This document shows positions 12,284 to 24,306 of a stretch of DNA of 59,210 nt, piece by piece (positions within the stretch are counted from its first letter, which is position 1; each line of letters opens with the position of its first letter). Location of the stretch: the NCBI GenBank assembly GCA_000388065.2, contig KB932203.1; one strand, written 5' to 3'. This DNA is from Fonticula alba ATCC 38817 (Eukaryota; Protista; Nucleariida). Both the position numbers and the translations under genes were made by a program. Under the pieces are notes generated by a model. That model had not been told where the DNA came from, did no database searches, and saw nothing but the letters and a program-made list of their open reading frames with translations.

Positions 12284-13399
12284 TGGGTTGTTGGGGATGC
12301 GCGCGTGCGCATGCGTGCGAGGGTGAATGCCAGGAGGGCGAGGCGGGTGCGTACGGATTCGTCATTCAGCCACTGCAATTGTGAGGTCATGTCAAATTGC
12401 TCGTTGAAAACCATCTGGTATCTGAGCCAAAGGGCCGTGTTGGCAGGGAGAGGAGAGAAGAGGCAGAGAGACAGAGAGAGGGAGGGAGAGGGGAAAGTGC
12501 GGGCGGGAGGCAGACGGAAAGGCCAGAGTCAACCACCAGTTGTGGGTATGAGGGGCAGGGGGGGGGGGGGCGGAAGGATGTTCGTGTGGGGAAGAAGCAC
12601 GAGAAACATACTGTCCAACGCAGCTGAAGCCGCCATTTCGCCCAAAAGAGAGGCACAGACAGCGGCCCTCGCGTCGTGTAAAGAGAGTGGTGATCCTAAT
12701 CCCCAGGGGCACATCGGGCAGGAGGCAGGGTCAGTGGCCGAGAGGAGAGCAAAGAAGACCACGCGGGGCTTCCGGACACAGGTGGACAGCGGTGGTGGCA
12801 GGGCTCATGGCCGGCTTACCCGTCGGTGATGGACAAGATGTCTCCGGGGCGGATTTGCAGCCCGAGCGGACTATAAACACGAGCCTCAATGCGAGAAGTG
12901 CGGTCGGCGATGGTCATGATGAAGTACTTCCGGTGCTCGGGGAAATTTTGCTGGCTTCGGCCCGGGTCTGACAGGGGAGGAGGCACATGGCGGGCTATCA
13001 GACAACATGGCCGGCGGGGCGAGCACCGGCAAGGCCGGGAGGGGACGGATGGCCGACCGGCGGCAGAAGCACATGGCCATCTTGGAGCGCACCTGTGTGG
13101 ACGATTTTCAGGACAATCACCTTGCACCGGATGTCGCGCATTTTCGGACGCAGATCTACCAGGGGAGTGATTTCCGGGCCGCCGACCACGCCAGAAGCCG
13201 AGGGGGAGGCGACCGCCGGGGCGCCGCCGGGGGCGGGCACCGGCCCGGGACCCGGAGGAGCTCCTCCGGCATCTGGAGGTCCGCGCTGCCCGGGACCAGG
13301 GTGGTGGTGGGGATGGTGGTGGTGGTGAAACCCATGCGGCGGGTGCCCGTGAGGGCGTTGCTGCTGGGGATGCCCGTGAGGGTGATGGCCCTGCGACAT
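11450..13399 (-). CDS. NABP2: Single-stranded DNA-binding protein SSB1/SOSS-B (NABP family OB fold) with His/Pro-rich termini
   Basis: Spliced exons give ITPLVDLRPKMRDIRCKVIVLKIVHT|DPGR..MTIADRTSRIEARVYSPLGLQIRPGDILSITDG|ITTLFTRREGRCLCLSFGRNGGFSCVGQ|YQMVFNE, colinear with hSSB1 (VKDIKPG..VADKTGSI..IQPGDIIRLTKG..GEFCMVYSE). The start codon is uncertain and an upstream exon near 13510-13625 is possible. Confidence 0.85.
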
Positions 13400-13950
13400 C
13401 GGGCGCCAGAGACGAAAGCCAGGAGGGCGAGGAGGGGGGGTGTGGGGTTAGGCAAGGCGCCGAGGCAACCCCGGGACAGCGGTGATGGTGCCAGGGCCCG
13501 AGGCGCACCGGTATTTGTGGTTGCTGCCGACCCAGGTGATGGGATCGTCCTCGACGGACATGATGGTGGATGCAGAGACGACGAGGGGGCCGGAAGTGCG
13601 AGCGTAGATCCGTAGCAAGAGACACAGGGGGGGGGGGGGGGGACGGGGGCGGGGGGGAGGGGAGGGGAGGAGGACAAAGCGGACAAAGTCACGAAGGGGA
13701 CAAAGGGGAGAGAGGGCGAGAGTAGGAGAGGAGGGCGGTGGGGCAGCTCGTAGTTTGCGCGTATCCCGGCGCCAGACTCTGTATGATGGCAGCTGCGAGA
13801 GCGGTGAGGGGGCGAGTAAGCGGCCTGGAGTGGCCCGCTTTCAGGCAGGCGGTCTAGGAGATCGCGCCCCCCCCCCAGCAATCGTCTGTCTGCACTTTGG
13901 CGGAAGCCCTGCGGCTAGGCCTGAGGTTTTGGCCACGGATGCTTGTCTGA

Positions 13951-14005
13951 GTGTGTGTGTGTGTGTGTATGTGTGTGTGTGTGTGTGGGCGCGCGCGCGC
14001 GCGCG
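13951..14005. repeat. (GT)n followed by (GC)n alternating tract between divergent SSB1 and DCC1
   Basis: Read directly. Confidence 0.9.
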
Positions 14006-14463
14006 TTGTGCCTCCTCTGTGGGTGCGTGTGCAGGCCTCGCCGCGTCCAGGGCGCCAGCATCTCCCCAAACAACGCCGCCGGGGCAAAGTCCCAGGCTCC
14101 GAGGGTCATGCCTGCGGGCGAGGTCAATCACATGAATGCAAGCACCCAACGGACTGCTCGATCATGGCACTCAACTTTTCACCCAGATCGCGTTCCTTCG
14201 CTCCATTTTCCAATGCTCTGCCTGTGTTTGGGGGCAAGGGGCATCAGTGCCTGGGTATTGGAGGGAGGGAGGCGAGAGCCGATAGGGCACCGGAAGCAAA
14301 AACAGCCTCCCCCCCTCTCTCCTTCCCTCTCCCTCTCGCGCTCTGCCGTTCTCTCTTCCTCCTCCGCCGCCGCCCCCCCCTCTCTCTCTCTCGCCCATTC
14401 CCGGTCCTTTGTCAGGACATACACGCGTGCTCCTACACGCGTTCCATCTTTCATTATTGCGAC

Positions 14464-16963
14464 ATGGCGGAGCAGGGTCCCGCACCTTCCAAAGCCCCCC
14501 ATCCTCTTCTGTCTGCGCGTGACCTGGCTGATGTCATGTATGTTACCAGATTCCAGTGACCTTCCCCACGCCAGCCGAAGCAAGAGCCTCTCATTCGTCT
14601 CCTCCGCCCTTCTGTCTCTCCCTCCCACCCTCTCTCTCTCTCTCTCGCCCGCTTTGGACTTTGGCTTGTGCGCAGTGCTGATGGCTCGGAGTTGTGGTAC
14701 CCGCCGGTGCGTGACATTGGCGGGACCATCCTCCTTGAATTTGACAGCATCGAAGAGATCGAGCAGTCTCTCCAACCTGGCTCGACGGTCTTCCTCCGGG
14801 GGCCTGTCCGAGGCGGCATCGCCGTGGGGGCTGGCCCGTCGGAGGCTACTCCTCCGGGATTGGGTCTCCTTGAGGAGGACTTGAGCATGCACGAACGGCA
14901 GGCCCAACTGGAGGAGCGCCTCATCACACATGAGCATGCCGACGGTCTTGATGAATTTGGTCCGCACGTGGAGGCCGGCGATGAGGACCCCCAGCATGGC
15001 GCCCCGGCCGACGCCGATGAGGATCTGGTTCTTTGCACCGATAACATCAGCTTTCAAGTCCGCCGGGCCATCACCTCCAACTCCCTGCTCCTGGTTACTC
15101 CGACTCCCGAGGCCAAGGCCTCGCCCGGTGGCGGTGCCACGCCCGCCACGCCCGCCACCATTCCCGGTGCCACCGACACGGAGCACAGCTCCGCCGGGCG
15201 GCGTCTGCTAATCCAGTCGACATTGGGAGCGGTTCACGAGTGCCGGCGGCTGCCCGAAGGTACCCGCTCGCGCGTCGCCTGCCGGCTCATCCAGCGGGCA
15301 TTGGCCCCGCGCCCGTCACCCGAAGCCGGACCCTTCCGCGGCCGGGACACCCCCTTCACGGTGCGCCGAATCCTCCCCCCCCCCCCCTGTCTTGCCTTTC
15401 CCGTCGCTGACTTGTGCACCATCCCATGGCGATGGGTTCTTCGGCCGGACTCCGCCACTTGGCCCTCGGTCGCCGGGTCTTCTTCCTCCCCTCGGTCTGC
15501 CCCTTGGGCAATCTCCCCAGCACCTGTCCTTTGGGCAGCTCCTGAGCTCGGTGGCCCTGTGCAGCCAGGGCGAGCTGGCCCTGGGGCTGGCCCTGGCCGG
15601 TGTCCTGGCCCTCCCACCGGGCGAATGGCAAACCGCCGCCACCGTTCATCCTCCGGCTGCGGTTGACACCCTGGCCGACGTGCGCTTTTGCCTGCTAGAC
15701 CGAGCCTACCTGGTTCGCTGTTTGGTTGCCATCTTGGAGACTCTTCCCTTTCATGAGGCTCTCCGACAGCGCTCCGCGACCGGGGAGATCCTGGCCCCTT
15801 CGGCTGAGTGCGTGCTGGCATCTTCCCCCTTCCTGCCCTCCTTCTCCCGGCATTGCCCAGCTTGGGGCTCTCCTTGCACCCGGCTCCTGTCACTCACCCG
15901 CATGCCGTCGCTCGTGTGTCGGCGCGCTGGTTGTCGCCCAGAATGCTGGTGTCTTGTGACCCCGGGCGCTTCGCCGCCTTCCCGGACTTTGCCCTGCGCC
16001 ATGTGCTTCAGCTGCTGTCGGAGCCATGTGGCGGGGCCGCGATCGCACAGGCACCAAAGCCCGGGGTCCGGGTCGAGTCCTTCGCCGATCTCGACCTCTG
16101 GGGGGATTCGCCCCTCACGGATCCGGTGGCCAGCGCATCGGACCAAGCCCCGGCACTCCGGGCATACTGGCTTGCGATCATCCGGCATGCCGGACTCTCG
16201 GATGCTCTGCTGGCACCGCTCGGCCTGGTGACCGGCGCCCCCCCGGCCTCTGGCCAGCGGTGCCTCTCGCGCCGGCGGATATGCCGACTGCTGGGGGAGC
16301 ACATTTTCCTGTGTGTCGAGCCGATGCTGGCTCCAGCAGGCCCCGGGGCCACGAAGCGCCCGCGCAATCCCGCCGCCGGTTTGCGTGTCATTCGCAGCGA
16401 CCACTTCCTTCGCCACTGGACGCGTCTGTGTGGAGCCCTCTTCCGACCGGTTGCCACGGATTTGGATGTGCGTTCCTCTTGCTCCCCCCCCCCCCTCCTC
16501 CCCCCCACCGCCTGCTGGTGACCTTCCACTGACGGTGTCTTTGCTGGCCATCTGTCCCACTGGATAGGGCATTGCCATTGTTGAGCCCGCGCATGGAACC
16601 CCGGCGGCTGGGGCTTCTGCCGGGGCCCCCGGCGCGCGGTCAGCCGCACCAGGCCCTGATATGCCCACCCTGGAAGCTGTGTACTCGGCCTTTTTGGCTG
16701 GATCGGCCGGCCCGCCGACTGAGGGGGCTCTCAGTCCGGCGTCCTTCCGGCTTCGCTATTTGCCGGCCCGTCGTCTGCCACTCAGCAACATGCCTCTGCG
16801 CATGCTGATGCTCTTTGATGCGCGGCCCCGTTGGCGCGAGGCCGAGATGGATGTTTTCCTTCGGGCCACTGGCAACCGTGCAGCCAAGGCGTCAGTGTTG
16901 GCACGCAACGCCCGGACCTCGCGCGATGCCCGTGGCGGCGTCCTGTACACCAGCCGCTTCTGA
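14464..16963 (+). CDS. DSCC1: Sister chromatid cohesion protein DCC1 (Ctf18-RFC subunit)
   Basis: ILLEFDSIEEIEQSLQPGSTVFLRG..EDLVLCTDNISFQVRRAITSNSLLLV matches the DCC1 N-terminal barrel. The C-terminus LMLFDARPRWREAEMDVFL..ARNARTS..VLYTSRF matches the last winged helix. First intron GTATGT..GCAG joins in frame; internal exons were not fully resolved. Confidence 0.85.
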
Positions 16964-17896
16964 AATATCCCGAGCATTGCGGTTCGCCACCAGGCGGTGG
17001 CCAGCAGCCTAATAGAGACGAGAAAAAAAAAGGACAACATGGCTGGCAGGGAGGAGCCGTCGCCACCCGACGGTGGGGGTTCGGGGGGGGGGCAAGCTTT
17101 TTTCATTTATTTTCTAAACAAGATACAGTGTCAAGAGCAGGGAGGGGAAGATGCCAGGTAGAGGAAAAGGAGCAGATATCTCCGCGTATGGGTGTCATTT
17201 ACAGAGTTGGCGAAGTGGCATTGGCTGTGAGGGGAAGCGGGGAAGGGATGTTAGATTACCGGGAAGAGAAGGAGGAGGGAGGGTAGGAGGGGAGAGGGGG
17301 AGGGTCGGAGGGAGAGAGAGATAGAGAGAGGGAGCGAGCGAGAACTCGTGTCATGCGCCCGAGGGAAGGGAGGAGGAGACAGGTGAAAAAACTAGGAGAG
17401 GGACACAGAGCAAATCCCCCCCCCCCCCCCCCCTCCCCTCGCCTGCTCCAGGCACCTGTCCAGCTCCCCGCCTCGGTTTCTTCCCTATGCATGTTTCGCC
17501 CGGTTGCCCTTTGTCAACTGCCTGGCTCGGTCCTGATGATGCCCGGTTGTCTGGCCACGTGCCCTGGGACCGGAACACAGATCCTTGCACGGCACATCAT
17601 CGTCGCTCTCTGTCCTGCTGGGAAGATAAAACCCTCGGGCCGCAATCCTCGGTAGAGGAGAACAATAGCCGATGTCAAGAGGAGGGCAAACTGGCCATGA
17701 CAATTTGACAATACCATCAAGAAGGTGGATGGGTGGCGGGAGGAGGAGGAGGAGGAGGAGGAGGAGAAGGGGGAGGAAGACAGTCGTTGAGGGCGAGCAA
17801 AGCAAGGAGAGAAGCTGAGGGGGAGGAGGGGGGGGGGGGGGGGAGGACAGCGGCGAGGCAGGCGGAATGGACAAGCTGCAACTGACCATCCAAGCG

Positions 17897-19457
17897 TCAG
17901 CTGTTCGACCGGAAGGGACTCTTCAAGTTGTAGGACAGCCACGACACAAACATGGGTGATTGGTCGGGAGTTGGCTGCGGCAGCGGGACAAAGGGAGAAG
18001 TCGAGGTGCCGGGATCTGGGGGGAGCCCGGCGTTGCTGCCGCCACCGCGGACCCGCCCGACCCGCGGGGGGGTGTGCGGCAGCGGTGCAAGCAACACGGG
18101 GCCCCCGCCAGCGCATGGCGGATCGGGCGGCGATGGAGCAACAGACGAGGGGTCAAAGAGTGCACCTTTGTTGGAATCGCCCAGGCAGCCAGTGGCCGAG
18201 TCGAGATCCTGAGGTGGCAGCAGCAACGAGGAACTGCGCCCCCGGGCGCCGGCAGGCTGGCACGAGGAGGAGGACCGGGCGAGAGCCACCTCGGCGGCGG
18301 CCACTTCAGGCGGTGCATATCGGAAGACCGGCGGCGTGAGGGGCCGGCCATCGACCGAGTCGCCCTCGGTCCGGGAGGCCAGGTGAGCCAGGTATGCCGT
18401 CCCACAGGCCCCGGTCCCGGCATACATGGAATGCGGCCGGACGCTGGAAGCACGTCCAGGACCGAGCGTCGTGCGTCGCTGTGTCGAGGATGTGGCCGCG
18501 GCCGGGAACAGCTCCAGCCCGCCGGTGTCGAGGGTGTCATGACTGCCGAGCGGAGTTCGTTGCTGCGGAAACAGGCGAACGAGTGAGTGGGCGATTTTGG
18601 GGGCCGGGGGGGGGGGCGGCGCGGGGGTGGGCACAAGCGACAGTCGGGCGAGGAGCCAGCATGGGCAGAAGACCACTGGATTGTGGTCGCACGAGGACGC
18701 ACCTTGGCCGAGGGACGCGAGAGGTATGGCGAGGCCGGGGTCGCGGGTTTGACTGGCGTCATGGTCGAAAAGGACAGGTCCTCCTCCGAAGAGGAAACAG
18801 ACACGCAGGTCACAATGGGCGAGCCTGGGGGGGGAGGGCTGCCGGGCCCGCCGCCGGCCTCGGCCGGTGCATGCTCCGACCCGCCAGGCGAGGGGAGGAG
18901 CTCCGGTGGGGAGTACCGCGCCTCGGTCGGGGACATCTCCGAGATGACCGGCGAAGCGGCTGGCGCCGGGAAGAGCGGGGACCCGAGCAGCGGCCGGTCC
19001 AGGCCCCCGGAGGAGAGTGGCGATCGAAGCCCGGGCCCGGACCGGCGGGTGGGGTACTTTTGCTCGGCCGACAGCCGCGCCGGACTGCCTGGCGGATCGA
19101 GGAAGAAAACCGTCTGGCCATTGGGACTGAGGATGACATTTTCCTGCACAGCCGAAGAGGCAGGCGCCTCGGTACCGAGGCCTGGCCAGACGGCCGCCCC
19201 GGTGGCGGTCACCTTTGTGGCGGCCGCCGTCGGGGGGGACCCCGGTCCCGGGGGAGCACGGCTCGGCGATGGGGAAAAGGGCGTCGGCCAGGATCCGGCC
19301 GCCGGGAAGGCAACCGGCTGAGCGGCATCCAAGCTGGAGCACGCCTCCAGGCGTCGCTCTAGCTCAAGGATCCGCGCTTCCGCCAACCGGCGCTTGGCCA
19401 CCTCCCTCCGGAGACTTCGGCCGGAGGGGTCGGGGGGGGGGGGGGATGCGCACATGG
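17897..19457 (-). CDS. Hypothetical protein, 3' part (coiled coil followed by Ser/Pro-rich disordered region)
   Basis: Frame RRSLRREVAKRRLAEARILELERRLEA..SRPSAK, then intron 18702-18563 (GTGCGT..CAG), then QRTPLGSHD..KSPFRSNS-stop. The 5' end runs into gap 19458-19952. No family recognised. Confidence 0.55.
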
Positions 19458-20757
19458 NNNNNNNNNNNNNNNNNNNNNNNNNNNNNNNNNNNNNNNNNNN
19501 NNNNNNNNNNNNNNNNNNNNNNNNNNNNNNNNNNNNNNNNNNNNNNNNNNNNNNNNNNNNNNNNNNNNNNNNNNNNNNNNNNNNNNNNNNNNNNNNNNNN
19601 NNNNNNNNNNNNNNNNNNNNNNNNNNNNNNNNNNNNNNNNNNNNNNNNNNNNNNNNNNNNNNNNNNNNNNNNNNNNNNNNNNNNNNNNNNNNNNNNNNNN
19701 NNNNNNNNNNNNNNNNNNNNNNNNNNNNNNNNNNNNNNNNNNNNNNNNNNNNNNNNNNNNNNNNNNNNNNNNNNNNNNNNNNNNNNNNNNNNNNNNNNNN
19801 NNNNNNNNNNNNNNNNNNNNNNNNNNNNNNNNNNNNNNNNNNNNNNNNNNNNNNNNNNNNNNNNNNNNNNNNNNNNNNNNNNNNNNNNNNNNNNNNNNNN
19901 NNNNNNNNNNNNNNNNNNNNNNNNNNNNNNNNNNNNNNNNNNNNNNNNNNNNCCCCCCCCGGGACCTGCACTCGCCTTCGGGACGGGTCCCTTGCCAACA
20001 GGCACAGAGGTGAAAAACCGCGCCACCCCGGCTGGCGAACCGTCCCTCGTACTGCAAGGCGGGGAGAGGCGTTTGTACATACACAGACACTGGTGCGGTC
20101 CAGTGAACAAGCGTGTGTGTGTGTGTGGGGGGGGGCTTGGGCCGGGAAACCACAGGCAGGCCCCCGCCATCTATCCGCCCGCTCCCGCCCCAGGGGGGGG
20201 GGGCTTCTTTTCCCTCGGTTGAATCGGAGGGAGCCGGGGGGGGGGGGGGGGACGCCCCCCACTCCAGGGGACATCCTGACCTGGGTACCCGAACTCATGC
20301 GCACATCCGTCCGCTGGGGGCTGGCCGTGGTGGCGGGAAGTCGTGCAGCGGAAGATGGACCGTAGGGCGAGAGAGAGCGAGAGAGACAGAGAAAGAGGGC
20401 ATCCTCAGTCCACGGACCCGGGAGACAAGACCAGGGGGGAGCCCCCTCGGATTGGGGAATGTGTCTATTAGGGAATGTGTGGGCGTGACCAGTGATCGGC
20501 TGATCTGTCCCGGGCCAATGCGCCGGCACCTGGCCGGGCCGAGGGGAGGGGGGATATACAAGAAGGCAAGGTGTCCCTCTCGGTGGCAGATCCGACGGCA
20601 GGGGGGGGAGGGAGGGAGGGAGGGAGGGAGGGAGGGAGCACACGGCAAGGTGGGAACTCAAGAAGGAAGGGGACATGGATGGTGGAAGGGGGAAGTGGCG
20701 ATGGAGAGGGGGAAGGAGGGAGGGGGAGGAGGGGGAGCATCACGCATGGCGAGATGT

Positions 20758-21079
20758 TCACTCGGTCACGGTGGTCAGGCCGCAGGAGTCGAGGAAGAGC
20801 CGAGCGGTGGCCATCTCCCGCTTGGTGCGCTCCTCCGACCAGCCGAGCTCGGCCTGCATGATGGCCGCCACCGTGGGGATGACCTTGGCCGCGGCATAAA
20901 CATCGACGAAGGCCAACCGAGTGCGGCGAGCAATGACGTCCTGGGTTCGGCAGACAAGGAAGGAGGGAGGGAGAGAGGGGAAGGGGCAAAGAGGGTGAGA
21001 TGTCAGGGCGGCAGATCGCAGGGCGGGCACGTGTGAGCCCCGGACGAACAACAAAGACCGGCGGGTCTCCAGGGGAGAA

Positions 21080-21117
<38 letters not shown>

Positions 21118-24100
21118 GGGGGCGGGGGCGAGAAGAGAGGAAGAGCCGGGGATGGGACGTACAACCAGCGTGCAGGCATACTCATGACGAACCGCATAGC
21201 GCACCTCGCCATCGAGGTAGGGATGGTCCGGCGCAAGGCGGAAGCCACGGGGACCGGAGACACGCGGGGGGACGGTGGTGCCAGCTGCAGCGGCATCGGC
21301 CTCCTCCAGCGGCCGGGTGGTCAGCACGGAGCTGAGAGTGCCATCCGGCAGGACAACAGACGTCCACTCGGTGGGAGCACAGAGGGCCGCCACCTGGGTG
21401 GCGCGATCGCCGTAGCTCCGAAGCAGGTGGTTGGCAACCTTCAACGGGGAGTCAGGGGATGGGGGAAGCAGCCACATCGTTAGCGCTGGCAGCCCGGTCA
21501 CAGGAGGGCAAGAGGCAATGGCAACCAGGATGAAGGCAGCGGCCACGGCAGTGCCGCGTGAAGACGGTACCTCGGCATCAAAGCCATACTCGGTGGTCAG
21601 CGACGAGAGGATGGCCGCCTCGTTGTACTTCTCCGCGCCGAAGAGCTTGATCTTGTCGGTGATGGCCTCCGGGGTATCAGGGGTGAGCTGGGTGTCGGAG
21701 GGGGAGGGGGGNNNNNNNNNNNNNNNNNNNNNNNNNNNNNNNNNNNNNNNNNNNNNNNNNNNNNNNNNNNNNNNNNNNNNNNNNNNNNNNNNNNNNNNNN
21801 NNNNNNNNNNNNNNNNNNNNNNNNNNNNNNNNNNNNNNNNNNNNNNNNNNNNNNNNNNNNNNNNNNNNNNNNNNNNNNNNNNNNNNNNNNNNNNNNNNNN
21901 NNNNNNNNNNNNNNNNNNNNNNNNNNNNNNNNNNNNNNNNNNNNNNNNNNNNNNNNNNNNNNNNNNNNNNNNNNNNNNNNNNNNNNNNNNNNNNNNNNNN
22001 NNNNNNNNNNNNNNNNNNNNNNNNNNNNNNNNNNNNNNNNNNNNNNNNNNNNNGGGGGGGAAAGGAGAGGGAGAGAATACGGCAGGTCAGTTAGGGAGAA
22101 GCACACATGCCCATGCCGCCAAGGGAGTGGTGCATGGCAAGAGCGGAGGAGGGGATAAAGACGCACCCCGAACACGCGGATGGCGCTGTCAAGAGCATCC
22201 TTGGCCATGATGCGGAAGGTGGTCAGCTTGCCGCCGGACACGGTGATCAGGCTGCTGGGGCTGACATGGACCACATGGGTCCGGGCAATGGTCGAGGTGT
22301 TGGTGCCAGACTGCTCGTCGGCCGTCTGACTGTAGAAGGCCGGGTTGTTGGGGTCGCGCACGAGCGGCCGCACGCCGGCCCAGATGGACCGAACGTCACT
22401 GCGGCTGACCTGGAGGTCCTTGCGCAGGTAGGGCCGCACGGCGTTCAGCACCCACTCGACGTCGGCCTCGCGGGCGATCAGGCCGCCGCTCGGGAGGGGG
22501 CCGGCCTCGGAGCCGGCGGCCGCCAGGTCAGCCGGGCCGACGGGCTCCACCACATTGCCGGAGTTTTCGGCCGCCGCACGCGGCAGCGGGGTGTCGGTGG
22601 TCCCGCACAGAACCGACCCGGCCCACGGGAGGACGAAGACCACGCGGTTGTCGCTGGTGGCCGGGTCCAGCAGACCGAAGGTCGAGTGCTCGAACAAGTG
22701 CGCCGGCAGGACCACATGGATCCCCTGGCTGGGGACCAAGATCGGGCGAGAGGCCGGATCATCCAGCCGACGAATGGTATCGGAAAAGGGCCCAGTGGCA
22801 TTGATGACCCCCTTGGCCTGGACGGTGAAGGTCTGCCCGGTGAGGCGATCGCGCACCTCGACACCGGTGGTGCGCATGCGCGGGGCGGCGGTGTCGGCGG
22901 CCGCACTGGCCGCCGCATCGCCGGACCCCTGGATAACCAGGGACCCGGCATCCGAGTGCCGGGTCGAGTCGGCGGCCGCCGGGTCAGTGGTCCCGGCAGC
23001 GGCGCCCTCCGGCACCTGGACCAGACCCACCACCTCGGTGTGGTTGACCACCGTGGCGCCGTAGCTGGCGGCCGTGAGAACCGTGCTGGTGGTCAGCCGG
23101 GCGTCATCATTGACGCCATCATGGTACACGATGCCGGCGCGCAGGCCCTCGGCCGAGAGGCTGGGGAAGGCCTCCAGGGTGCGCGTCGGCGAGAGGATGC
23201 GCGTGAAGGGCATCCGATCGCCGGAGGTCAGCCGGGCCAGGAGGTTGTAGCACACGGCCCCGGCATAGTAGTAGACGGCATCGAAGAAGCTGTACACCGG
23301 CAGGAGGATGGCCTGGGGGTGGACAATGTGCGGGGCGATCTCCAGCAGGGTCTTCCGCTCGGCCAGCGCCTCGCGAACCAGGTTGTACTGCTTGGAGTCC
23401 AGGTCGAAGACCGCCCGCTCCAGGTACCGGACCCCGCCGTGGATGAGCTTCGTCGACCGGGAGGAGGTGCCGGCTGCGAAGTCGTCCCGCTCGATGAGGG
23501 CCACCTTCAAGCCGCGCGACGCCGCGTCCAGGGCGATCCCGCTGCCGGTGATGCCGGCGCCGATGACGATCAAGTCATACTCCTCGTCGGCCCTGTGAGT
23601 GGGCGTGGAGCCGGAGTGGGGAGTTGGGGAGGAGGGGGAGCAAAACGATGAGCCAGGGCCCAGTGTGTGTGTGTGTGTGTGAGGGAGAGAGTGAGTGGGT
23701 ACTGGTGTGGGAGGTGGGCACAGGAAAGAGGAGGGCAAAATACTGAGGCCAGGACGCGTGTGTGTGTGTGTGTGTGTGCGTGTGTGTGTGCATGTAAAAG
23801 GGTGGGATGAGAAGCAGTGGGGGGGGGGGGGAGGCGTACCGCAGGCGCTCCATGTGCTCGGCGCGAGTGGGCAACGTCTTGAGCCGGGCGGGGCCAATGC
23901 GGCGACGTTCCTCCATGCGCTCAAGGCGCTCCTGCGAACGCTTCTCGCGTCGGGCCTGGCGCTCCTCCGGGGTGGATCGGATGCGACGGAACTCCTCCGG
24001 GGCGTCGGCCTCCGAAGTGGGGACGGAAGTCGGAGCAGGAGCCGCATCACAGTGAGCAGCCGTCAGGAAGGACGGACGGGTGAAGCTGCCCTCCGACGAG

Positions 24101-24306
24101 GTGGCCAGGTAGGCCAGACCACCCGCGGCACCGAGCCCAGCAAGGGCGATGGCCGCGCGGCGGAAGTTGCCCGAGGGGCCGCCGGGGCCGGCGCTCGAGG
24201 AGAAGGCCCGAGCCGCGCGCGGGATGCCAGCGGCCTGCGCCCGAGGGGAATGGGCCAGCCCCGCCCGACCGGCGGAGGCCAGAACGCGGCCAAGGTGCGA
24301 GTACAT
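20758..24306 (-). CDS. GPD2: Mitochondrial FAD-dependent glycerol-3-phosphate dehydrogenase (Gut2/GPD2)
   Basis: Presequence plus TM segment (AAIALAGLGAAGGLAYLA), an AHC-D site resembling IMP cleavage sites, YDLIVIGAGITGSGIALDAASRG, GTSSRSTKLIHGGVRYLE, VINATGPFSD, WAGVRPLV, GGKLTTFR, ARRTRLAF. Introns 23839-23593 and from 22166; part of the gene lies in gap 21712-22053. No EF-hand tail is visible (fungal-type). Confidence 0.95.

Noticed and set aside
17923-20676. 917-aa ORF
   Set aside because: Inflated by about 495 N bases and crosses an intron; only part is plausibly coding.
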